Origin: an uncultured virus (IMG/VR IMGVR_UViG_3300025660_000004)
Lineage: Duplodnaviria > Heunggongvirae > Uroviricota > Caudoviricetes
IMG/VR virus record: IMGVR_UViG_3300025660_000004
Length of the DNA: 64,000 nucleotides
Reading direction: 5' to 3' (one strand)
Part shown: positions 45,370-54,130 of the stretch, piece after piece
Layout of the letters: the number at the start of each line of letters is the position of its first letter
Numbering within the stretch: the first letter of the stretch is position 1
The notes under the pieces: generated by a model
What the model was told of the DNA's origin: nothing
Databases searched by the model: none
Seen by the model: the letters and a program-made list of their open reading frames with translations, nothing else
Translations under genes and position numbers: made by a program

Positions 45370-45398
45370 ACTACGCACGGGGAGCCGTTTCTGAGCCC
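45370..45398 (-). promoter_or_regulatory. phage promoter motif (divergent pair)
   Basis: GGGCTCAGA-N14-CGTAGT. Confidence 0.75.
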
Positions 45399-45407
45399 CA
45401 AAGATCA

Positions 45408-45436
45408 GGGCTCAGAATGCCCATGCCGTCCGTAGT
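45408..45436 (+). promoter_or_regulatory. phage promoter motif (divergent pair)
   Basis: GGGCTCAGA-N14-CGTAGT. Confidence 0.75.
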
Positions 45437-45442
45437 AGGGCT

Positions 45443-45637
45443 GTGAGGCGCTGATGAGGGCTAACGCCCTGCCGGTTGCGAATCCCGGCTCCCCTTGAGG
45501 GGGAGGTGCTCTTAGGCAGTCAGTGACACGAACGCGGAGGGCCGCTGAGTAGCTGGGGAGGAACCCCCGTTGCGAAAGGACCCCGAAGCTGGAAGGTAAG
45601 CCAGGCCGGTCACCCCGGCGTTCCCCTGGTCCCTCAC
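45443..45637 (+). ncRNA. putative structured RNA or long 5' leader
   Basis: GTGAGG/CCTCAC closing stem plus internal hairpins directly after promoter. Confidence 0.45.
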
Positions 45638-45665
45638 GCCCCTCAATCAGGTCAGGAGACAGGCG

Positions 45666-46037
45666 ATGGACAAGGGAACCAGTTATGTAGCCATCTTCCT
45701 GCTCGCGGCCTTCGTGGTCGGAGCCTGGGTGTACGGCACCGAGATGAGGTGGGCCTGGCAGCGAGCCGAGAGCATGGACCGCTCGGCCCTCTCGCGGGAC
45801 ATCGACGACAAGATGGCCCGGCACTCCCGGACCACGTCGATGGACCTGTACGGCCGATGGGCCGTCACCCTCCAGCCCCTCAAGGGCGGGATGGAGACCG
45901 GCGTGGTCCAGGCCTGGCTCGATGGCCCCTGCTACGCCTACGTCAGCAACGAGAGAGGGCTGTCCAGCCACCCCGTCGAGTGCCCCGCCTGGCTCCTACA
46001 CGACCCCCGCTACCTGCCGTCCGGTGGCTCCAGGTGA
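45666..46037 (+). CDS. hypothetical membrane-anchored protein
   Basis: AGGAG RBS; N-terminal hydrophobic helix. Confidence 0.65.
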   Translation: MDKGTSYVAIFLLAAFVVGAWVYGTEMRWAWQRAESMDRSALSRDIDDKMARHSRTTSMDLYGRWAVTLQPLKGGMETGVVQAWLDGPCYAYVSNERGLSSHPVECPAWLLHDPRYLPSGGSR

Positions 46038-46483
46038 ACTCGATCGCTCTGGTCCACCCAGCCCACCTGGGCCTTGATCCCCACACCCCGGACGGCCTCG
46101 ACGCGACCTCGCAGGAGGTCGTTGCTGGCTGACGGGGTGACCCCGCTCGCTGTGCTGATGGTGACGTGCGGTACCCGGCCCGGAGTCACCCGGAACTTCG
46201 TGGGAACCTCGACCACCACAGCCTGCGCACGGTCGTCCTGTGCGTGCCCTACGACCTTCATGGTGACCGTCTTGCCCCAGGGCAGGTCCGGTCGCTCCCG
46301 GCTGTCGTGGAAGTGCCAGAGCGTCAGGTGATGGACCCACACGGTCGGGTGGACCGGCGGGAAGTAGGCCAGCAGTTTCTTCCCGGCCATCTTCGGCAGG
46401 AACCACCCGACGTAGATCACGCCGTCGTCCGGCTGGAGAGCCGCCCGGAGGTACCGTGCTGCGAGTCGCCCGACCGGGTCCAT
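46010..46483 (-). CDS. 2H phosphoesterase-like protein (tRNA-ligase phosphodiesterase-like)
   Basis: Two HxT motifs, HHLTL and PHVTIS; GGGAGG RBS. Confidence 0.7.
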   Translation of the reverse strand: MDPVGRLAARYLRAALQPDDGVIYVGWFLPKMAGKKLLAYFPPVHPTVWVHHLTLWHFHDSRERPDLPWGKTVTMKVVGHAQDDRAQAVVVEVPTKFRVTPGRVPHVTISTASGVTPSASNDLLRGRVEAVRGVGIKAQVGWVDQSDRVHLEPPDGR

Positions 46484-46494
46484 GGGTCCTCCCG

Positions 46495-47106
46495 CTACGG
46501 GGTTGTCGAGATCCATCCGAGCAGCTCGCCCACCTTGACGACGGCGGCGACACCACCCGCAAGGGCGAACAGACCACCCACGAGGTAGGCCAGGCCGACC
46601 CAGCCCCGCTTCATCCACTTGACGCCTTCACCGGCCTCCAGCAGGGGCTTGATGGCGAGGGCCTGGTCGTCGATCAGTTTCTTGTTCGCTGCCGTGGCAT
46701 CGGCCAGTTCGGTCTTGCACTCCACGAACTTCGCGTCGATGACCCCCACGAGGTCGTCCCGCAGTTCCTGGACCCCGCTCGTCAGACCACCAGCGGCTCC
46801 GGTCTTTGCGGCGTCGATGTCGCTCCCCACCTGCCGGAGCCGCTCGGAGACACGGACACCTGCCGCACGGTTCTCAACGATCCGTGCGTTGCAGGCGATC
46901 TGGCATTCGTTGATTCGGTTGCTTGTGGCGTCCAGCCGCATGTTCACGCCGGTCTTGTGCCCAGCGAAGTCGATCTCCATCTGCCGAAGCAGATCTGTCA
47001 ACCGCCCGACCTGATGCGTGAGCCCATCATCCTGTGGGCGGAAGATCTCCGGCAACCGGCTCGCCAACATCTGGTCGAGCAAGTCCCTGCGCGGATCGTT
47101 AGACAT
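46495..47106 (-). CDS. coiled-coil protein with C-terminal transmembrane segment
   Basis: Heptad pattern; GLAYLVGGLFALAGGVAAVV. Confidence 0.6.
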   Translation of the reverse strand: MSNDPRRDLLDQMLASRLPEIFRPQDDGLTHQVGRLTDLLRQMEIDFAGHKTGVNMRLDATSNRINECQIACNARIVENRAAGVRVSERLRQVGSDIDAAKTGAAGGLTSGVQELRDDLVGVIDAKFVECKTELADATAANKKLIDDQALAIKPLLEAGEGVKWMKRGWVGLAYLVGGLFALAGGVAAVVKVGELLGWISTTP

Positions 47107-47163
47107 CGGCTCTCTCTGGTTCTGGATCTGCAACGACAATCTACGTTGCCATCTGTGCGACTG

Positions 47164-47673
47164 CTACGGGAGAGACGTGCCTGTGGCGTCCTTTGTCGCC
47201 GTGACGGGCCATGCTGCGTGGGTCGCCGTCGCGACCTCATGCAGCTTGTGTTCGACTTTGGCCAGCATCCGTGTCACTCCCGCCATGTAGGTGACCGCCG
47301 CCCGCACCGCATCGACGATCTGTGACGCGGGGTGGATCGGCTTCAGGAGCCATTCTTGCGCCTGATGGACGCCAAGAGTTTGCGGAACCTCCGCGTAGCC
47401 GGTCACGACGACAAGCGGGATGCCCAAGGACACCTCTCGGATGGCCTCGATGGACTTGCCATCGTTCGCCTCCTCCAAGGACACGTCGGGCAGCAGCAGA
47501 TCGAGGACGACACAGTCGAAGACGACGTGCTTCATCGCCCGTAGGGCAGCAGCCAGCGTCGTCACGACGGTGACCTGCATCCCACCGTCTTCGAGGAACT
47601 GGCCGTGGAGGCGGGCCACATCACTGTTGTCTTCGACCAGAAGGACGGTGCCTGTCCAGTTCAAGAAGCCCAT
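47164..47673 (-). CDS. response-regulator receiver domain protein
   Basis: LLVEDN, VLDLLLPD, VVVTG, LLKP. Confidence 0.85.
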   Translation of the reverse strand: MGFLNWTGTVLLVEDNSDVARLHGQFLEDGGMQVTVVTTLAAALRAMKHVVFDCVVLDLLLPDVSLEEANDGKSIEAIREVSLGIPLVVVTGYAEVPQTLGVHQAQEWLLKPIHPASQIVDAVRAAVTYMAGVTRMLAKVEHKLHEVATATHAAWPVTATKDATGTSLP

Positions 47674-47729
47674 GGTTCCATCCTTCTACTGCCCCCCTAC
47701 AAAGACGATTGCCGATGATCCCGGTGGGG

Positions 47730-48743
47730 TCAATCGGACTTCTGGGAGGCGATCCAGCGACGGGCTACACGGTCCACGCGAACGGGGTCCTGAGTGCTGG
47801 CGATGACTCTGGCAGCCATCTTGACCACCTGGACGGCCGGAGCCGGACCATGCCCATCCCACGGCTTGCCGGGGGACTTCGCCTCGTCGATGACCTCGGA
47901 GAACCATCGCTGGTCGAAGTCCCGCATGTACCCCTCGTCGGAGTCCATCTGCGCGGGGCCTTCGATCTTGCCGATCTCCTTGGGGTCGGTCTCGAAGGCC
48001 GCTCGCTTCTGGTTGCAGGTCGAGAGCTGACCGTCGAGGTAGCTCATCAGCCGCGAGAGGGCCGTCTTCCAGTTCTTGATGGCTCCGGTGTCGATCTCGC
48101 CACCCAGGAGGGCGTCCGCCCGGCCCTGCATGTGCGCGATGTTGTCCTTGATCTTCTTGGCCATGGACGAGTCAGCGGAGGCCAGCTCACGGGCCGCCAG
48201 CGAAGCTGCGTCGTTGAGGGCATCGGAGGCGTCACCGAACTGCATCCGGTTCAGGAACCCCTGCGCCTCCTCCAGGTTGAAGCGGATGTGCCGGAGGGCC
48301 GGGATGCAGAAGGCCGCGTCCTGCACGCCCCACCCGAAGGCCGGGTTGCGGGTCAGACCGATGGGGTACTGCCCACGAGGCAGTTTCTTGCCGTTGGGGG
48401 AGACGTGGCGGGAGCCCCACACGTCGATGTAGCCCTTGCCGGTCTTGGCCCGGTACTTCTTCTGGAGCGCGGCCTGGGCCTGCGACTTGCCGAGGTGGGC
48501 GAACTTGCCGTCCCACTTCGCACCGTCGATGCGCCCGGTGAAGCCGGAGTCGGTCAGGGCACCCCACCGGAACGTGACGCTCCACGTCCCGTCGTCGTTC
48601 TCCAGCATCAGCCCCTCGTAGAACTTCGAGTGGTTCGCACCCGCGTCGATCCAGTAGAGGGCAAAGCCCTCACCCGCACTGACCTTGCGGGCGTCGAGGC
48701 CCTTGTTCGTGAGGATGGGCTTGTTGGCGACCTTGGAGTTCAT
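47730..48743 (-). CDS. WGR-domain protein
   Basis: NHSKFYE..VTFRWGA..KY.AKTGKGY. Confidence 0.75.
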   Translation of the reverse strand: MNSKVANKPILTNKGLDARKVSAGEGFALYWIDAGANHSKFYEGLMLENDDGTWSVTFRWGALTDSGFTGRIDGAKWDGKFAHLGKSQAQAALQKKYRAKTGKGYIDVWGSRHVSPNGKKLPRGQYPIGLTRNPAFGWGVQDAAFCIPALRHIRFNLEEAQGFLNRMQFGDASDALNDAASLAARELASADSSMAKKIKDNIAHMQGRADALLGGEIDTGAIKNWKTALSRLMSYLDGQLSTCNQKRAAFETDPKEIGKIEGPAQMDSDEGYMRDFDQRWFSEVIDEAKSPGKPWDGHGPAPAVQVVKMAARVIASTQDPVRVDRVARRWIASQKSD

Positions 48744-48809
48744 GCTCGACCTCGCATCACGGAGCGATACGCTCTCACTCTCTGGCCATCATAGGCTGGA
48801 TAACGGAGG

Positions 48810-49232
48810 TCAGATCAAGTCAGTTACGTCGATGTCATCGCCCAAGAGGCTGATCTTCACCGGGGTGCCTTTCCTGCCGCAGACGCGACTCAACCCGTGC
48901 GACAGGCCGAGCAGCTCCTCCCGCAGAGTGTCCAGTGCTTCGCAGGCTTCGACCCACCCGCTGCCGTGCTTCCGCCACAGAGCTGCGCTCGACCCCCCGA
49001 CCGCCTGGCGGATGCCTCGCACCTCGATCACCAGGCCGTCCACGTTCGGCTTGTAGCTCGGGGTGCCGTGGAGCTTCGTGTCCCAAACGCGAATGCCCAC
49101 CTCGACGAAGCCCACCCGGAAGGTGTCCTCGAATCCGGTGGGTAGCTCCTTGCGGTGGCGGCGGGCCTTCGGGAATCTGGCCTGTACGGCTCGGTCGAAA
49201 TCGCCCCGGTCCGTGATGTCCCCGTCGTCCAT
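48810..49232 (-). CDS. hypothetical protein
   Basis: 140-aa ORF. Confidence 0.6.
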   Translation of the reverse strand: MDDGDITDRGDFDRAVQARFPKARRHRKELPTGFEDTFRVGFVEVGIRVWDTKLHGTPSYKPNVDGLVIEVRGIRQAVGGSSAALWRKHGSGWVEACEALDTLREELLGLSHGLSRVCGRKGTPVKISLLGDDIDVTDLI

Positions 49233-49259
49233 GCCCGGACTACTCGGCTGGGCCAGGAG

Positions 49260-49604
49260 TCAGGCCCCGATGGTCGGGCGGACGGCGGTGATGATCTCGT
49301 CCAGCGAGATGCCGGACTGGACTGCGTCATCCAGAGCCTTGCCGACATTCTTGACGGCCCACGCGACCGCTGCCCAATCCGGTAGCTCGTCGGCGCTCTC
49401 CAGGCCCGCCAGGAGGGTCGCTATGGCCTTCTGGACCACGGCGGGGTCAGTGAGCGTGGGGTGCGCGAAAGCGACTGCCATCGCGCTCTGGGTGTCCCTG
49501 ACGGCACGATCCAGCCGGAGCTTGTTCATGGCGACGACGTTGCCCGTGTCTTCGGGTTCATCCTCATCGTCAAAGCAGCCGTCGCAGAAGGGGTCGCCGT
49601 TCAT
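49260..49604 (-). CDS. hypothetical protein
   Basis: 114-aa ORF in operon. Confidence 0.6.
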   Translation of the reverse strand: MNGDPFCDGCFDDEDEPEDTGNVVAMNKLRLDRAVRDTQSAMAVAFAHPTLTDPAVVQKAIATLLAGLESADELPDWAAVAWAVKNVGKALDDAVQSGISLDEIITAVRPTIGA

Positions 49605-49606
49605 GG

Positions 49607-49870
49607 TCAGTCGGCCTTGTCGAAGGGTGGGGTGCCTTCACGCCAGCCCTTCCAGGCGGTGTCGAGGTACGCGGTGGCCTCCCGGATGTGGGTCTGGTCA
49701 ACCCGGTGCCCCTGCTCGACTCCCATGATGTACGCGAACCGGATGATCGCCATGAGCGGGTCGGCTCGCATCTCATCCTGCTGGAGGGCGAGCTTCTCCC
49801 TTGGCGTGAGTGAGGTGGCCCAGATCGGAGCCGTCATGTCCCCGAGGTCATCCTGGAACGGGAAGGTCAC
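49607..49870 (-). CDS. hypothetical protein
   Basis: 87-aa ORF; start uncertain. Confidence 0.55.
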   Translation of the reverse strand: MTFPFQDDLGDMTAPIWATSLTPREKLALQQDEMRADPLMAIIRFAYIMGVEQGHRVDQTHIREATAYLDTAWKGWREGTPPFDKAD

Positions 49871-49915
49871 GGGCTCGCCGGGTGTGCTCAGTTCGGCGTG
49901 GACTCGTTGCAGCGC

Positions 49916-50053
49916 CTAGAAGAGCCGGGCCGCGAGGAACGTGGGGGACGCCTTGCCTGCCCTCTCGACAAAGCGGGCCATGATCTCGCGGGGGATGTCC
50001 CGCAGCTCTGCGATGTGCTCGGGGGAACCCCAGGGGGCCAGGTCGTCCGCCAT
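49916..50053 (-). CDS. small hypothetical protein
   Basis: 45-aa TGATG-coupled ORF MADDLAPWVPP. Confidence 0.5.
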   Translation of the reverse strand: MADDLAPWGSPEHIAELRDIPREIMARFVERAGKASPTFLAARLF

Positions 50054-50301
50054 CAGCTCGCCGGAGCCGGGCGGTTGACCCCTGCGAGGAGCTGCCGGGC
50101 TCGCTTCACGACGTAGCGTTCGTAGTCGTCGGTCGAGTCATCGTCGTACAAGCGGACCAGGCACCAGCCGGTGTGGGCGTCCATGCGGCCGACATCCCGG
50201 CCGTCCTGGGTCAGCACCCGGCCGGACTGCGCCCCGGAGTCGTCCTTGCGGCTGTCGAGGCCGCGCGTCCGCAGGGCGTCGTGAAGGGTGGGGCCGGACA
50301 T
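50053..50301 (-). CDS. hypothetical protein
   Basis: TGATG-coupled 82-aa ORF. Confidence 0.6.
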   Translation of the reverse strand: MSGPTLHDALRTRGLDSRKDDSGAQSGRVLTQDGRDVGRMDAHTGWCLVRLYDDDSTDDYERYVVKRARQLLAGVNRPAPAS

Positions 50302-50948
50302 CAGGTCATCTCCTGCAATTCGATGGCGACGGCCATCATGGTCTTCTGGAATGCGGTCGGCCGGTACGCCTCGACATCCTCGGCGTCCCAGATACAGAGA
50401 CGGCCGAGCCGCTCGATGTCCGCGAGCATGTCGGTGACCTTCTGCTCTCGCTTGGCCTCGTAGTCGTTGAGGATCTGCAAGGCCAGCTCGACGGTCAGGG
50501 CCGGGGCGGTCGGTCGCCGGGCTCTGAGGAGATCCCGGTTCTGGTGGAAGTAGGGCTTGGCGTCTTCGTGATCGGGGTCGCAGACGACGTGCCCGTCGTG
50601 CTGGTCGTAGCGGAGGTAGTCCACGGACGGGTCGCCATCATCGAGGATGTGGTAGCCGATGAAGTGGGCCATCCACGCCATGAGGCCGCAGGGTGAGTCC
50701 GACGAGGCGTAGCCCGAGAAGCTCACGATGTCGCTGTCGGGGTCCTGCGTGTACCCGCCGAACACTTCATGGCGAGTCATGGGGCTGATGGTCAGCATCC
50801 TGACGGCCAGCTTGCGGATGGGGTCGTTGTCCTGCCCCTTGAGGTTCGGGTAGTGGATGTACCGCATCGCCGCCGTGACGGCCTTGTCCCACTCGGCGGA
50901 AGCTGCCTTGAGGTGGGCTGCGTGCAGGTTGAAGAGGCTGGTCATCAT
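50301..50948 (-). CDS. hypothetical protein
   Basis: GGGAG RBS; 215 aa. Confidence 0.7.
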   Translation of the reverse strand: MMTSLFNLHAAHLKAASAEWDKAVTAAMRYIHYPNLKGQDNDPIRKLAVRMLTISPMTRHEVFGGYTQDPDSDIVSFSGYASSDSPCGLMAWMAHFIGYHILDDGDPSVDYLRYDQHDGHVVCDPDHEDAKPYFHQNRDLLRARRPTAPALTVELALQILNDYEAKREQKVTDMLADIERLGRLCIWDAEDVEAYRPTAFQKTMMAVAIELQEMT

Positions 50949-50981
50949 CGTCTCCCGTGGTGGGCGGCGGACGCGCCGGTT

Positions 50982-51028
50982 CTGACGGGGTCCTGTGCAG
51001 GCGCTTGGTCCTGCACAGGACCCGTCAG
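50982..51028. repeat. strong intergenic inverted repeat (about 19-bp stem)
   Basis: CTGACGGGGTCCTGTGCAGG / CCTGCACAGGACCCGTCAG; no U-tract. Confidence 0.75.
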
Positions 51029-51041
51029 GTGGCTCGCGCCG

Positions 51042-51824
51042 CTAGGAGGCGTTCGACCGCTTGATGGCGTCGCGGATCTCGGGGGTGAAGTGGATGCCCG
51101 CCTTCTCGGCTTCGACCTGCGCGGTGCCGCCGCAGCGGAGCAGGAAGTCATCGCCGGGCTGGAGGCGGTAGCTGACGTACTTGCTGATGGGCAGGCGGTT
51201 GGTCAGGAGACGCTTGGCGACCGACTTCGGGGCGGACTTGCTCGCGGGGAGCTGGCCGTTCGCGGCGGGGGTGATGACCCGGCTGCTGACCTTGAGGCCC
51301 TGGAGGTAGATGGTGCCGACCTTGGCGGCGGGCTTGACCCCGGCCTTGGCGGCGGCATCGGTCTGGCCGGTGTAGACGCGGGCTCCACGGACGGGCTTGC
51401 CGTCCTTGACCAGCGGCTCGAACACGTCGTCGGTCGTGCTGCTGTTCGTACCGTCGATGCTGCTCTGGTAGCTGGCCACCAGTTCGGCACGGGCGGCGGC
51501 GAAGTCGGCGGCGGTCAGTTCGACCTGGACGGCGTTTTTGCCGCGCCCGTTCCAGCCCTTGATGCCCTTGTCCTGCGCAGCGGCGAGGACTTCGGCGTCC
51601 GTGACGGTCGCCAGCATTTCGAGGCTGCGCTCGACGAGGCCGATGTACTTGAAGCCGGTGAAGATGCAGACGTGGACGGTGTCGTCGCCGTAGCGAACCT
51701 TGTTGCCCTTGGGGCCGCGCTCGGCTCCACGCTTCGTGGTCACGAGGCCGGTGAAGGTTCCGACGCGGGAGTCGGCGAGGAGGGCGGCGATGAGGTTGCT
51801 GTTGGCGTTGGTCTTGGCGTTCAT
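51042..51824 (-). CDS. hypothetical protein, paralog of 56490..57260
   Basis: Shared YGDD.VHV.I.TGF.Y, GTIY.QG.K and YRLQP blocks. Confidence 0.8.
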   Translation of the reverse strand: MNAKTNANSNLIAALLADSRVGTFTGLVTTKRGAERGPKGNKVRYGDDTVHVCIFTGFKYIGLVERSLEMLATVTDAEVLAAAQDKGIKGWNGRGKNAVQVELTAADFAAARAELVASYQSSIDGTNSSTTDDVFEPLVKDGKPVRGARVYTGQTDAAAKAGVKPAAKVGTIYLQGLKVSSRVITPAANGQLPASKSAPKSVAKRLLTNRLPISKYVSYRLQPGDDFLLRCGGTAQVEAEKAGIHFTPEIRDAIKRSNAS

Positions 51825-51867
51825 GGTCGAAGTCTCCGGGCGGGTGGTTGCTCCCGCGTTCACAGTC

Positions 51868-51896
51868 ACTACGGAGGGGTCAGGGTTTCTGAGCCC
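51868..51896 (-). promoter_or_regulatory. phage promoter motif
   Basis: GGGCTCAGA-N14-CGTAGT. Confidence 0.75.
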
Positions 51897-52251
51897 CTGT
51901 TCGACGACCGGCCCTACGATTCCGCAGAAAGTCGCGGATGCTCCACACGGCCCATGCGAGGCCGAGAGCCTCGAAGATGAGCAGGACCCACAGCGGGTCG
52001 CGCATGTGCTCGATGAAGGGTGCCGCGAGGAGAGCGGTGACCAGAAACACGTTCACGAACCCCGTCTTGATCTTGCCGTCCGCGAGGCTGAGGTAGACGG
52101 CGAAGTACGCGGAGAAGAGCCAGGTGCCCACCGTGACCTCTCCGGGCTTCCACTGGCCGTACAGGAACAGGAACACCGCGTAGACGAGGACGGCCACGAT
52201 GCCGACCTTGCTGAAGTGGCGGCCGAAGCCTCTGGGGGTGGGGTCGGTCAC
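51880..52251 (-). CDS. four-helix membrane protein
   Basis: GGAG RBS, GTG start; four hydrophobic segments. Confidence 0.65.
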   Translation of the reverse strand: MTDPTPRGFGRHFSKVGIVAVLVYAVFLFLYGQWKPGEVTVGTWLFSAYFAVYLSLADGKIKTGFVNVFLVTALLAAPFIEHMRDPLWVLLIFEALGLAWAVWSIRDFLRNRRAGRRTGAQKP

Positions 52252-52262
52252 GTCGTCTCCGT

Positions 52263-52448
52263 TCAGGCCTGGGCTGCGAGCCAGCCAAGACCGAGCATGG
52301 CTACGGTCCAGATCAGGCCGAAGCCGATCCACTTGAGGGATCGCCGGGGGATGGTGGGCTCACCGCACATCATCCAGAGGAGGGCAGGGCCAGCGAGGAT
52401 GGCCCCGAGGATGCGCCTGACGATGTTCGGGGGGGCCTTGTCGCTCAT
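52263..52448 (-). CDS. small two-helix membrane protein
   Basis: GGAG RBS; two hydrophobic segments. Confidence 0.6.
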   Translation of the reverse strand: MSDKAPPNIVRRILGAILAGPALLWMMCGEPTIPRRSLKWIGFGLIWTVAMLGLGWLAAQA

Positions 52449-52473
52449 GCCGTCTCCGTTGGCGTTCCCCTGC

Positions 52474-52501
52474 ACTACGGGTGGCTAACCCGATCTGAGC
52501 C
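52474..52501 (-). promoter_or_regulatory. phage promoter motif (divergent pair)
   Basis: GGCTCAGA-N14-CGTAGT. Confidence 0.75.
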
Positions 52502-52510
52502 GTCGATTTA

Positions 52511-52539
52511 GGGCTCAGAACGGTGGGGGTCTGCGTAGT
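52511..52539 (+). promoter_or_regulatory. phage promoter motif (divergent pair)
   Basis: GGGCTCAGA-N14-CGTAGT. Confidence 0.75.
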
Positions 52540-52592
52540 GGGGGCAGAGAGGGAAAGCCTCTCCAATATTTTCAGACGATTGAGACATCACC

Positions 52593-52982
52593 ATGAGCAA
52601 GATCGACCGCATCGACCGTTCCGCCTGCCGAGTCATCACCGACAAGGCCGAAGCCGCCCTCAAGGTCCTCGCTGACGAGTTGGGCATGACCCTCTCCCGC
52701 GAGACGAGTCGGTACGGCACCGACACGGTGACCGTCAAGATGACCTTCAAGGTGACGGGAGCCAACGGAGTCGCCACGGCAGACGCCAACAACGCTGTGC
52801 TGCTCGGACTCCCCGCCGACGTGATCGGTCAGACCTTCCGCGCTGGCGGCACCCTCTACACCGTCTCCGGCATCGTGATGCGCCGTCGCAAGTACCCCGT
52901 CAGCGCGACCGGACCGCAGGGTGGTCGCTACAAGTTCGAGACGAGCCGAGTGCTGGCCGGACTCACCAAGGTCGCCGCCTAG
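52593..52982 (+). CDS. hypothetical protein
   Basis: 129 aa; RRRKYPV..GGRYKF. Confidence 0.7.
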   Translation: MSKIDRIDRSACRVITDKAEAALKVLADELGMTLSRETSRYGTDTVTVKMTFKVTGANGVATADANNAVLLGLPADVIGQTFRAGGTLYTVSGIVMRRRKYPVSATGPQGGRYKFETSRVLAGLTKVAA

Positions 52983-52985
52983 CGG

Positions 52986-53014
52986 GGGCTCAGACCCATC
53001 CCCCAGGCCGTAGT
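52986..53014 (+). promoter_or_regulatory. phage promoter motif
   Basis: GGGCTCAGA-N14-CGTAGT. Confidence 0.75.
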
Positions 53015-53033
53015 AGAGGCACACGGAGACACC

Positions 53034-53447
53034 ATGTACCGGCGAATCGGCTGCACCACCATCGACCCCGACCGCGAAGCCCAACGGGCCGAAGAGAAGG
53101 CCCAGCGTCGGGAAGATGCGAGGGCCGAGCGAGCCGCCCCGGCTCCGACCAGGGACCCGATGGACTTCGATGGACTCGACGCCAACGACGACGAGTTCGG
53201 CAGCGTCGAGGACTTCGCAGAGTGGATGGTGGACGACGACCGTGAGGAGTTTGACCACCGGGAACTCCAGTGCCTCAACTACCGGCTCAACGTCTCCGTC
53301 CCGTCCATCCGCAAGCGGCTGGAGTCGTGGGGCTTCTCCCTCGCCAAGCGGGGCCAGCAGCGACGCATCCGGGGCTTCAACGCGAACAACCACGACCGCT
53401 GGTATGGCCCCGGCTCCGATGCCACCCACGGTGGGAGCGGCTTCTAG
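53034..53447 (+). CDS. hypothetical protein
   Basis: GGAG RBS; 137 aa. Confidence 0.7.
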   Translation: MYRRIGCTTIDPDREAQRAEEKAQRREDARAERAAPAPTRDPMDFDGLDANDDEFGSVEDFAEWMVDDDREEFDHRELQCLNYRLNVSVPSIRKRLESWGFSLAKRGQQRRIRGFNANNHDRWYGPGSDATHGGSGF

Positions 53448-53465
53448 TCCACCAAGGAGACGACG

Positions 53466-53882
53466 ATGCCGATCACAGAAGCAGAGGTGCTGGCTGAGTA
53501 CCGCTACCGCATGAGGCTGGCCGCCGACTGGGCGAGGACGTGTGAACGTCAGGGCAGGGTGCAGATGAAACCGCCGTCCCCGGACGAGAAGCGGTGGCAC
53601 TACTCGCCAAAGCCCGGCTGCTTCATCGGCCGGGTGGAGACCAAGCTCGGCCGCAAGAAGTCGGTCGTGTGGTGGGCGACGTGGGGCAACCCAGACGCAC
53701 CCTCCTACCGACGTTGTGGAGGCGGACGCCATCGTGGCCCCGGCCTCGCTGATGTGCTGACGTGGCTGAATGAGCACATCGGTGATGGTGCTGCACAGGC
53801 CAAGGCAGACGAGAAGCGCGCGGAATGGGTGCGTGCAGCCAACAACACCAGCGGCCGGAGGCAATGGAAGGCCCAGATGTGA
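53466..53882 (+). CDS. hypothetical protein
   Basis: AAGGAG RBS; 138 aa. Confidence 0.65.
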   Translation: MPITEAEVLAEYRYRMRLAADWARTCERQGRVQMKPPSPDEKRWHYSPKPGCFIGRVETKLGRKKSVVWWATWGNPDAPSYRRCGGGRHRGPGLADVLTWLNEHIGDGAAQAKADEKRAEWVRAANNTSGRRQWKAQM

Positions 53883-53898
53883 ACGGGACACCGATTAG

Positions 53899-53927
53899 GG
53901 GCTCAGAACGCTGGACTGCTCCGTAGT
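53899..53927 (+). promoter_or_regulatory. phage promoter motif
   Basis: GGGCTCAGA-N14-CGTAGT. Confidence 0.75.
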
Positions 53928-53950
53928 AGGAGTGAAGGACGGGAACACAG

Positions 53951-54121
53951 ATGCTCGACGCCTACATCATCAAGCAGCAGGAACAGCAGCGACGCGAACG
54001 CGAGTGGCAACCCCAGCCCCTCCACCTCCCCGTCGCCCCCCTCCCCGAGTACCCCTCGCAGGACCGTGAGCCTCGACCCGAACCGGGCACCGAGCGCGGC
54101 GTCACCACCATCCAGCTCTGA
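53951..54121 (+). CDS. small protein MLDAYII...ERGVTTIQL
   Basis: 56-aa ORF directly after promoter, below ORF-track cutoff. Confidence 0.65.
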   Translation: MLDAYIIKQQEQQRREREWQPQPLHLPVAPLPEYPSQDREPRPEPGTERGVTTIQL

Positions 54122-54130
54122 TTGAAGACC

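Noticed and set aside
45452..45480. Hammerhead ribozyme from CTGATGA plus hairpin
   Set aside because: The required GAAA does not follow the stem.
50982..51028. Intrinsic terminator
   Set aside because: The stem is strong but has no U-tract on either side, so it is reported only as an inverted repeat.
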